Of a DNA stretch of 64,000 bases, positions 41,714-51,260 are shown piece by piece. This stretch comes from Takakia lepidozioides (lineage: Eukaryota; Plantae; Bryophyta). The first letter of the stretch is position 1, and the number at the start of each line of letters is the position of its first letter. The position numbers were made by a program, and so were the translations under genes. Location: positions 73,408,001 through 73,472,000 of the forward strand of contig CM060731.1 of the NCBI GenBank assembly GCA_030704615.1, given 5' to 3'. The notes under the pieces were generated by a model. The model saw nothing but the letters and a program-made list of their open reading frames with translations, did not search any database and was not told where the DNA came from.

Positions 41714-42171
41714 TGTGATGCCCCAAACTTTCCTCATCACAGATTTACCTTATTCATCCAAAGCGGCGATACACGTTCGTAGTATAAATTTTTGGCTTTA
41801 AAATACCGTTGAACCGTTACACAGATATCATGGCCAAGGTTAGTTATGGCTTTGGCTGCATCATGGCCGTTCAATAGATCTAGGGTTTTGATGTGGCGCT
41901 GCGGGCTCAGCCTGACACGCCTCGCCACGCGTCAGGAAAGCATGCAGCTAGGGTTTGTATAAAGTGGGGGCCTGACCTTGTGTCAAGCAGCTGCTGTACT
42001 CTGGTGTATGTAGATGTGGAAAGCTGTCTGATTGCGATACGTGTGTATGATTTTCTGTCAGTTTGCTTGTTGAGATCCGCCTTTCGCGTGCATGCACGCT
42101 CCTCTTGCTTTCCCCCTGTTATGTTGAAGAGCACTTGAGAGGATAGGCAAATATTCCTCCTGCTTCTTTTA
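41714..42171 (+). repeat. 5' LTR (no terminal CA; abuts the PBS)
   Basis: TGTGATGCCCC…CCTGCTTCTTTTA; roughly 5% divergent from the 3' copy, estimated by eye. Confidence 0.9.
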
Positions 42172-42193
42172 TGGTGGAGGCGCGCCGGGTATT
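42172..42193 (+). promoter_or_regulatory. Primer binding site, probably tRNA-Ala-type
   Basis: TGGTGGAGGCGCGCCGGGTAT directly after the LTR. TGGTGGAG is complementary to the …CTCCACCA 3' end typical of tRNA-Ala; the rest is imperfect. Confidence 0.6.
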
Positions 42194-42344
42194 TTTCTTG
42201 ATCATTTAAACGGCGTGCGTAGGTTAAGATTAAGAGCTCCTCGGTGTCTTATAAAGATGGCGGAAGCCCGCCACCCTGTAGTGTATTTGCTTAGTGTTGA
42301 GTTCTCTCCATGCTTGCTCGTTAATCTTGCTTATGTTTCAGACT

Positions 42345-43438
42345 ATGGCGTCTCATGTGTCGATTACTAGAAGTGCTGTTAATCGTGAAGGAGAGCGCTT
42401 GCATGTAGAGCTTGATCTAGTCATTTCACTTTCTGCTTCATCTGCTAACCCTCCTTCTTCCAGCACGCCGCCTGGCACTCTTGCCTTGCCGGTGTTGCCG
42501 GTGCATGGAGATAATGCTATTGATTCAGGTCTTGTTGTCCGCTTGAATTCACCTAGTCCTAGTGAAGAAGCTAATCCAGCTGCAGTCGAAGCTTGGTCAC
42601 CGAACACTGCGAGGTCTGGTTCATTGGATAGTTGTGATCCCGAGTATTATAATTTTGATAACTATCACGATCCAGGGCCCGATTACGTCTGTCCCAGAGA
42701 GCAGGAACGAGAGTTTGAGAGGGACATAGCTCGTTCACAGGAGTATGATGCTACAGTGTGTAACTTACTTTCTGTTGATCAATTCTGGTTTGACAAAATA
42801 GAGATTGCGGTGCAATAGGACATATCCTACTTTACTGAGAATCAAGTTTTGGCGCAAGACGACCTGACTCTGACCCAGCGGTGATCGCTATGGACTCTCT
42901 CTCTTTGACAAGGCAAGCTGTGGCTTCGAGGAACGCTGCTCGTCTGTCTCGTGACGTGGTCAAGTCCCGTTTCTTGAATCATCACGTACTGTCGTGGAAA
43001 GAACTGGGGCTTCACCTTCCTTTATCTATTGAATGTGTTCACCGTGATTGGCTGGTCTCCTCCTTTGTCGAGCCATCTTGGCTGTCGTTAGCTCTCCGAG
43101 GTACGGGCTCTCTCATTCTACGTCTTCTTCGTTTTCATCACGAGCCAAGCAAGGGTCTACCACCGTCGATCGACTTGCTTCAAGGACTGTCGTCGGATAG
43201 TCTGTTTGGCCGAGCTTCCGTCATTGTCATTTTGCCAGGGACTTTGTTTGACAATCAACGGCTTGTCCGACCTGAGGTGCTTGAAAATCTTGATCGCTTT
43301 CCTGTTGAATCAATGCTATCTCGCATTTGGGAGAAGGAGAACTCTACCTGTGTGTCTTTTTGGGTTAAGACCACGAGCACGTGGAAATGGTGGGCGCTCT
43401 CCATGCACGATTCTGACTCTCACGACGTCACCAGGTGA
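42345..43438 (+). other. Extra ORF(s) of unknown function between the PBS and the gag region
   Basis: ORFs 42294/42345-42818 and 42881-43438, possibly one decayed ORF. No recognisable motif. Confidence 0.4.
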
Positions 43439-43567
43439 TCTCCTATTCAACCTGGCCTTGAATTAAGGGCGATCGTGGTATTACGGGCTGCTGTAGCGGG
43501 TTGCTACCCATCCCTATTCACCAGCTTTGGCTTGATCAGAATTCTTGTTGGTATTTGTGCTTCCAAG

Positions 43568-44060
43568 TTATCCCTCTACTATTCCTATATCTTGGCGTTG
43601 GAAAGTAGAGGTAGTATTGCATAAGGCAAATGGCATGGTTTCGTATTGGTACTTGCCCATGCGACACACAAATGAAGTCTTTTCCTTGGTTGTTTCAGTG
43701 AGAGGAACTTGCCAAAAACCAGATACAAGATCAAGAGAGGAGAAAATGGTAGCCCCATGCAATTGATCTAAGGTTTCATTGATCTTGGGTAGAGGGTAGA
43801 CATCCTTCTTGGTGATGTCATTCAGTTTCCTGAAGTCAACACAAAAGCGAGTAGTGCCATCTTGCTTACCAACCAAGACAATGGGACTGGCCCAAGGAGA
43901 GATTGATGGCTTAATTACACCAGCATCTAGCATTTTCTGGACTTCTTCCTGGACTATGGCACGTTCTTTAATACTTTCTCGGTACGCAAATTGTTTAATA
44001 GGAGGTCCCTTAGTAACAAATGTCACGTTGAAGGATGGGAGTACGCCCCAAATCAGTAGA
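43568..44060 (-). pseudogene. Reverse transcriptase, N-terminal half (on the minus strand)
   Basis: PPIKQFAYR…VQKMLDAGVIKPSISPWASPIVLVGKQDGTTRFCVDFRKLNDITKKDVYPLP…SSLDLVSGFWQV…KTSF…YQYETMPFALCNTTSTFQR; ends before the YxDD motif. Confidence 0.92.
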
Positions 44061-44299
44061 TCCCAAGCTGAAAATATTCAGATTTTTTACAACAAGCATT
44101 TCTACCATTTTCTTTTGGCCAGGGGAGAAGGTACTCCCTAATGTAAGTTCAGACAACACTTGGGTAAGAGCCTTCTTACCTTTAGAACTGAGATCAGGGA
44201 TAGCTGGTGATGCTAGGGTAGCAAAGACAACAACAACATCCACAAGGCCATGTTGAATGTCAATGGCCTCTAACCCAAAGCCAACTTGCACTTCTTGTA

Positions 44300-44600
44300 T
44301 TTTAGCAATGGGCAAGGCAGTGATACGAGCCAGGACCTGCCCCTTCTTAATAGTCACAGGAAAGCGCTCTGGATTAGCAATTAACACTTTGACCTCCTGC
44401 CTATATCCTCTATCTATAACACCAGTAGCCACCAAGCAATGCTTGAGAGCAGTGAGTCTTCGCCAACCTTCTACTTCCAGGAAATGAGCAGTTGGGCATA
44501 AAAAGGCTAGACCAGATTTGATCACTTTCTAGGTCATAGCAGGGATGGTGACATTCATGGGTGCACGAATCAGAGTAGAATTTTTTGGGATAGCTATAGG
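44300..44600 (-). pseudogene. dUTPase-like domain between protease and RT
   Basis: VTIPAMT*KVIKSGLAFLCP…ATGVIDRGYRQEVKVLIANP…VTIKKGQVLARI, giving motif-3-like GVIDxxYRxEV and motif-4-like GQxLAxI. Confidence 0.75.
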
Positions 44601-44759
44601 CACCCCTGTTCTATCATCAGCACTAGGAACATGCCATTGATATAGGAGTTGCAGATCAGGCTGAAATTTGTAAAAATCATTCCAATTGAGGTTGGAGTGA
44701 GAGTTTTGTTGTACCTCTTTCACCATTGCCTGAACTCTGAATAGATTGGATGTGGCAGA

Positions 44760-45215
44760 TCCAGCTCTAAGTTTCACTGCCTTCAATGGAACAACGACCT
44801 GATGTCCCTCTCCATTGTCGAATCGGAGGGAGTAATCGGCCAAACTGATGGTTGCACCAACTCCAGTCATCCGATCAAGGCCTAGCAAGAATTGATCGCC
44901 TATAGTGACTATACATGTAACCACGACCTCCTTCTTGTGAATCCTAATAGGCACAGTGACCAAACCTAGAGGCTCATATCTGGACCCATCCGCAATTAGT
45001 ACTTCAACACCAGAGGCAGGGCATAACTTAAGACTAAGTACTCTCACAATATTTAGAGGTATAGCAGATATGGTGCACCCCGTGTCTATTACACAAGGGA
45101 AACTTAACTCGTGAATATGGCATTGGGCCATAAGAGGGCTGATCTGCTGTCTTGAGGTTTGCATGCTTAGAGGACAATGCAAAGCTTTGAAATTAGTAGA
45201 CAATGCAGCTTGCAA
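44760..45215 (-). pseudogene. Retroviral-type aspartic protease
   Basis: CVIDTGCTISAI…VLIADGS…PLGLVTVPIRI…FLLGLD. Confidence 0.85.
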
Positions 45216-45282
45216 AGGAATGAGAGAGGTAGGGTTAATGACTAGTGGATCTCTTGCCCCCTTCCCAAGAGGTCTGTCTAGT

Positions 45283-47937
45283 TTAAAGGAGGGTTGGAAC
45301 CACTGGCAGCCTTTTTGTTTTTAAGCAGCTCTGGTAAGTCTGCTCTATCAGGGCAATGCTTGGTCCAATGTTCAAAAGACCCACATATGTAACATGCGGC
45401 TCAGTTGCCTTCATAGGCCTGACCAGTTTGGGTACGACCTCTGTTGCTACCACCCGTCTGTGCTTGTGGTTGTCTAGGCTGCCAACGTTACTGATGAGCT
45501 TGCATGGCAACGAACTGAGTGGCAACTGACTCACTTAAACTACCCACTGTGTTGGCCAGCCCTTGAAGAGTGAAATTATCTGGCTTGCATTGCATAGCAG
45601 GCGAGACATAAGGTGAAGATATTGCAGCCATGCCAAGCTCAGAGCCCACTGGAGTTTGAAACTTGGCATGAGTTTGCATTGATTTGTTGTCAGCTAGGTC
45701 TGCCATCTTAAGATTAATTTCAGCTAGCATAGTTTTATCATTGACAAAATGACGACGTTGGGCCTAATTTTGAATAACATGGGGCAAGCCAAGGAGAAAG
45801 TAGGTCTTCACCATAAGATCACGTTCTGTTAGATCAATGATATTTTCTGTAGCAGCAAATTTTAGATCCATGTAATACTTCCACAAGGACTCTCTTGGCT
45901 AGTAAGTCCTGGAGCTCAATTTGGTAAAGCAGTCCAAAGGTCTTTCAGGAGGCTTGAACAGGGTTTTAGTCCATTCCACAAGGGATGCCCAAGTGAGATG
46001 GGGGTCATCCATGACAGCTGCATGCAACAAGTCACGGGCTGGTCCCTTCATGCTCATTCACTACAACAGATCGCGGAATTAATGACTGTATATATGACTA
46101 TTCTGCAGTCATAAATGGTACATATGACTTCTATGACTGTAAGTCGTGCAAACCAAGTCAGAGGCGCAATTGATTTAAAAAATTAAATTAAATTAACTTA
46201 AAAAAAACATATGTCAAACGCCGCATCGCACCGCATTGTGCCACGTGGCATAATGCATTTTATAATAATGAAAAAACCACGTGACAGTCCATCTATGGTA
46301 CCACGTGTTATCCCTAGCTCGCCTACTAACCCTAGGGTCATCTTATCCATTTGATTGTACTTGGAGGAGTTTGAACCTGCAACCTCTTTACTATAAGAGT
46401 TATAGTTCACTACCTGTTAACCAATACACCCATTAGTCATTCATATGATCATATGGTGTTTTAATTGTATTATACACACCAAATTACAAAATCCCCAGTA
46501 GTCATCATGACTATGTAACCTCATCTATGTACACTGTAGTCATGGAAATGACTATGAATGGTGAGCTAAATCTGGTCAATTGCCGTTGACCAGCCTTCCG
46601 TCCATTCCGGAGCCATGTAGTCACACAGACGACTACTTAGACAGTCGTTCATATGACTACAGTCGTATGAACGACTGCGGGAAGTCAATTTCATATAAAA
46701 ACATGGTGCAGTCATGGTCAAAGTCATGAAAACCATGAGTACCACGGTTTGGCAGTCATAACTACCGCGATTTGTTGTAGTGATTCTAAAAATTGCCATT
46801 TTAAAATTCTCAGGCATACCATTCACATTAGCAATCACTTCAAACATCTGGAGATATCTATCAAAGTCTTCCCCCATTGTGTATTCTGGATAGGGCTGGA
46901 TAGTGAGCTGAGGAAGCAAATGACACGGCAAACTATGATTCATGTTACTAGGCTGAGCAGATCCATGGGCCGGGCAGCAATGAGCCATAGCCTGAGTCTG
47001 ATTAGTGGTTTTATTCATAGCATGGACCCCACTAGTAACCGGGACATAGTTGTTACTCATGACATTAGAGGGACCTTGATATGACAAAAATGGCAGGCTA
47101 GGCGGAAATGTTGTCACGCCCACCGGGGGTGCATGAAACACAGGCCTTGACTGAACAGCTTGACTGATCATGGCTGCTTGGTTTGGAGCCACTCCACTCA
47201 TGGTGGAAATGGGTGGCCTTCCCAATTGTTGGGCTGACTGATCTCCTACACTAGAGCTAGAACAAGTAGTATTCATGCCAACAGACAATCCAGAAGTCAC
47301 AAACACACCAATTCCTCCCCCAAGAGCGGGATTAGGAACATGCATCATAGAAACAGGCAAACCATCAGCAGTTCCTATGTTAACACGAGCACTTGGTGGG
47401 GCCGGCATACCACTCACATTAGCCCTTCCCACTGGGACTTGCACATTTGCATTGCATACATCACTAGCAATCGGGTCTAAAGAAGGGGGATGGATGACAT
47501 GCCTGGAAATACCACCCAAAGAACTGGCTCCTGTAACTTGAGACAGACCAGGCATCATGGCCATATGTCGAGTAGAGGCTAGCTGATCAACAGCTGCGGA
47601 CAGGCCCTCGTTAGTGGCAAAATTACCAGTACCATCTATACTTTGTACTACAGGCCCATTACCACAACATAGTGACCCCTGGAACTTCAAATTGCACTAT
47701 CTTTGTGAGACCAGCAGGCGTCACTTGAACATCATCTAATTCTTGGGAAACAATACCATCCTCGCAAGATAAATCAGTATAGAGAGTGGCCTCTGGTAGA
47801 GGCGATCCCTCATCTAGACTTACCACCCCATGTTGCATTCGCGGATTGTTTCTCAAATTACATGTAGGTGATGGAAGACCCGTCTCTCTGACTGCGACAG
47901 GGGCTGATTCCATTGTGGCCAGACCGGGAGCATCCAT
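45283..47937 (-). pseudogene. gag (long low-complexity N-terminus, capsid-like region, CCHC knuckle), interrupted by a CACTA element
   Basis: YPEYTMGEDFDRYLQMFEVIANVNGMPENFKMAIFR|MSMKGPARDLL…TWASL across the CACTA insert; zinc knuckle CYICGSFEHWTKHCP near 45350-45397. Frameshifts and stops. Confidence 0.8.
46059..46782. mobile_element. Non-autonomous CACTA element (724 bp)
   Basis: TIRs CACTACAACAGATCGCGG / CCGCGATTTGTTGTAGTG; 3-bp TSD ATT (46056-46058, 46783-46785); many subterminal ATGACT/AGTCAT repeats. Excision restores the gag frame. Confidence 0.93.
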
Positions 47938-47941
47938 CGCA

Positions 47942-48745
47942 GAATGTGCTTTGATTTATGTTGATGATATAAATGTATACTTAGCCAACTTTGATGCACA
48001 CTTGACTGATCTGCAGCGTGTTTTCAGCAAATTACGAACTGCAGGACTCAAGGTAAAGCCCAAAAAGTGTGAGCTGTTTATGCCCGAGTTACACTTTCTT
48101 GGGCATATTCTATCCCAGGATGGTTTGCTTCCTGATCCTGCCAAGCTTGAGTCTGTTTGGGGCTTTCCTATTCCCAGGGACAAACACTGCATCAAATCAT
48201 TCCTTGGTCTGGCCTCTTATTACAGGCGCTTCATAAAGAACTTTGCACAATTTGCTCACCATCTGACCAAGGTATTGTGCAAGGATGCCAGGTTTGAATG
48301 GAGCTTCTCCCAGCAAACAGCCTTTGACACTCTTCGCAAGGCCTTATGTTCAGCTCCTATCCTGATGTTTCCCAACTTTGAATTACCTTTTCTGCTTCAG
48401 ACTGATGCATCCGATGTTGCTATTTCTGCAATCTTATGTCAAGTTGTAGAAGGAAATGAACATGTGACAACTTATGCATCTCGCCGCCTAGATCGTCATG
48501 AAAAGAATTATTCTATATCTGATAAGGAAGGTCTGGCCCTGGTCTTCGGTGTGAAGCATTTTAGGCAATATTTACATGGTAGCCGGTTTGTGGTGGAGAC
48601 TGATCACCTTCCACTCAAGGCTCTTGTCAAGCCCCGGGAACTTCATGGTAGATTTGCTAGATGGGCTATGTTCATACATGAATTTAACATGGATATCGTC
48701 TATAAGAAAGGAAAGGAAAACACAAATGTTGATGCACTCACTCAG
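47942..48745 (+). pseudogene. Reverse transcriptase C-terminal half plus RNase H
   Basis: ECALIYVDDINVY…LKVKPKKC…FLGHIL…SFLGLASYYRRFIKNFA…FLLQTDASDVAISAIL…YSISDKEGLAL…ETDHLPL…ARWAMFIHEF…NVDALT. Confidence 0.93.
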
Positions 48746-49259
48746 GTTTTTTTTTTTGTTGGATATATTTTCAACATAAAAATTTGGTTTGACCAAGCTG
48801 TCAGCAGGCCTATGCTCACCTTGGATGACCTTCCTACTGCTGATGCAGCCCCTCCTCCTGATCCAACTCCGCTTCTCAACCTCATTTGTGCAGATCAGCA
48901 CCCCTTGACCTTGGATTCAGATGACATATTGGCTGTTTGGGGCTGGTCTAGCCTTCTTGATGATCCTGGTTTATTTATTCATGTGTTAGCATGTGTGGTG
49001 GATTTATCGCTTAGAGAGAATTTGGATGGTTTGGTGGAAGTTCCTCGTTGTGTTCCAGTTCTTCTATTTTCTAGGCCCCCGAGTTTGTTGTGATTCAGTT
49101 GCTGCACTCCGGTGTGACTATTGGCTTGACCTTTAAGGTCTGATTTGGCTGTCCATGAGTAGTAACAAATGAGGTGAAGGTATCCCTGGCTGGAGATCAT
49201 AGGTGCAGGTACTCCAGACCACCTTCTCTAAAGCCCATTGTCTACCTCTTATGTGCAGT

Positions 49260-50466
49260 GCAGTTATGGAAGATCAGCTACATGCTGCGCAACTCCAACG
49301 ATGCCAATCAGGGCGTTCGTCAGCTGACCTTTCCGAGTCCTTGCGCAAGCAAATTCTTTATCATATGTCTACTCGCCGCTTCATGGGTGATAAGCTTTTC
49401 AATGAGCTCACTAAAGGGGGAGTGCCATGGTATTTGGAGGTGCCACCACGGAGCCAGCTGAATGCTTTATTGGAGCGTTTTCATTGTTCCTTGTATGCAG
49501 GTCACCTTGGTATCAAGAAGACCGTGTCCCGCATCCAAGAGGTTTACTATTGGCTGGGAATTCACCGGGATGTCACGGAGTTCATCTCTAAGTGTGAAGG
49601 TTGTCGTGCTAACATTGCTCTCCCTAGGGCCCGGATCTTGTATGAGCTGCAGCCTTTGCATGTTACACATGCTTTTGCTCGTATTGGCATTGATTTGGTA
49701 GGACCCCTTGCACTCACATCAAAGGGTCGAGGCTATCTTTGTGTAGCTACCGACTACTTGACTAAGTGGGTAGAAGTCAGGCCTTTGCGTACCAAGACTA
49801 GTGATGTTGTAGCTCAGTTCTTCTTCAATGAGATCCTTATGCGGCATGGGTGTCTTCGGGAGATACTAATGGATCAGGGCAAAGAGTTTTATAACCAGCA
49901 CTCTTTGCCGAATGTTGGAAAAGAATGGCGCACTTACCAGGGAGTTGGATACCTTTCTTCATATTCTCTTTGATTATCGCACTGCCGTACATGCTAGTAC
50001 CAAGAAGACTCCTTTTGAGTTGTTGTATGGTCGCAAGTGTGTTTCTCCTTTACATTCTACCCCTCTTATCTCTACTATTGTTGATCCGGTTGATCTTGAG
50101 ACCTTTGTTGAGAATCTTCATGCTCGACATGCGGTGTCTATTCATGATGCCAAGACGAACATTGGTAAGGCTCAACCAGCCCAGACCCGTAATTTTAACA
50201 AGCGTGCCAATTATTCTAACCTATTCCAGGTGGGACAGACCGTGTGCGTTCGATTACAGCATGGCAAGCATGCATGCAAATCTAATCGCAAGATCGACGG
50301 TCCATACTTGATCTATCAGATTTTACGTGGGCAACGTGCTCTCCTTCTTCCACAAGGCTCTAATACTGAAGTGCGGGATGAACCTGTTTCCTTGACAGAC
50401 TTGGTGCATTTCGAGCTAGTTTTTGATCTTACATGTATCAATGCGGAGGGGCGTACGGTGGGATGA
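49260..50466 (+). pseudogene. Integrase (HHCC, DDE core, GPY/F; no chromodomain seen)
   Basis: FHCSLYAGHLGIKKT…CEGC, RIGIDLVGPL…ATDYLTKWVE, ILMDQGKEF, YRTAVHASTKKTPFELLYGR, DGPYLI. Frameshift or deletion near 49900. Confidence 0.92.
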
Positions 50467-50770
50467 TGTCTTGATCTTCTTCATATTGGCTTCTTCGGCG
50501 GATTAGTGTTAGCTTGCGGATTTGACACTTTACGGCTTTTCGGCCTTTCTGGCCTTTTGTTCTAGCTCTTGATGCATTTGTAGACCTATGATGTGTCACC
50601 ACGTGTACTCCTTGCACGGTTTTTCTAGCCCAAAGGTTTTGTCCTCGGCCCAATTTGCAGGTGCCAAGTTTTCCTTTGGTAGGTTTTTCACCCAGCAGTG
50701 GAGGGTGATTTTATCCCAAACATTTACTTATTATTTCTTATATTCTACTTCACGGAGCTCAGGATTTTTC

Positions 50771-50779
50771 GTGGGGGGT
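50771..50779 (+). promoter_or_regulatory. Polypurine tract
   Basis: GTGGGGGGT, separated from the TG of the 3' repeat by AGGCTTCACAGA. Confidence 0.65.
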
Positions 50780-51260
50780 AGGCTTCACAGATGTGATGCC
50801 CCAAACTTTCCTCATCACAGATTTACCGTTATTCATCCAAAGCGGCGATACTCATTCGTAGTATAAATTTTTGGCTTAAAATACCATCGAACCGTTACAC
50901 AGATATCATGGCCAGGGTTAGTTATGGCTTGTGGCTGCATCATGGCCGTTCAATAGATCTAGGGTTTTGATGTGGCGCCGCGGGCTCAGCCTGACACGCC
51001 TCGCCACGCGTCAGGAAGGCATGCAGCTAGGGTTTGTATAAAGCGGCGGCCTGACCTTGTGTCAGGTAGTTGATGTACTCTGGTGTATGTAGATGTGGAA
51101 AGCTGTCTGATTGCGATACGTGTGTATGATTTTCTGTCAGTTCGCTTGTTGAGATCCTCCTTTCGCGTGCATGCACGCTCTTCTTGCTTTCCCCCTATTA
51201 TTTTGACAAGCACTTGAGAGGATATGCAAATATTCCTCCTGCTTCTTTTAAGGCTTCACA
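50780..51260 (+). repeat. 3' LTR including the internal att-like junction and the duplicated terminal decamer
   Basis: AGGCTTCACA-GA-TGTGATG…CTTCTTTTA-AGGCTTCACA. Confidence 0.88.

Larger units (their letters stand above)
41714..51260 (+). mobile_element. Ty3/gypsy-type LTR retrotransposon with permuted LTRs, internal inversion and dUTPase-like domain
   Basis: Termini TGTGA…TCACA; about 458-bp direct repeats at 41714-42171 and 50792-51250; PBS; PPT; gag, PR, RT, RH and IN remnants. Flanks GGGC/GGCC; removing the element with a 4-bp TSD restores the LINE frame (…MPSQL[A/P]QGVITL). Confidence 0.92.

Noticed and set aside
46566-47690. 374-aa stand-alone protein
   Set aside because: It is the gag N-terminal part reading into the CACTA insert.
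47786-47941. Novel N-terminus on the 435-aa RT/RH ORF
   Set aside because: It is the antisense of the gag start and has only a GTG start; probably a chance open frame across the breakpoint.
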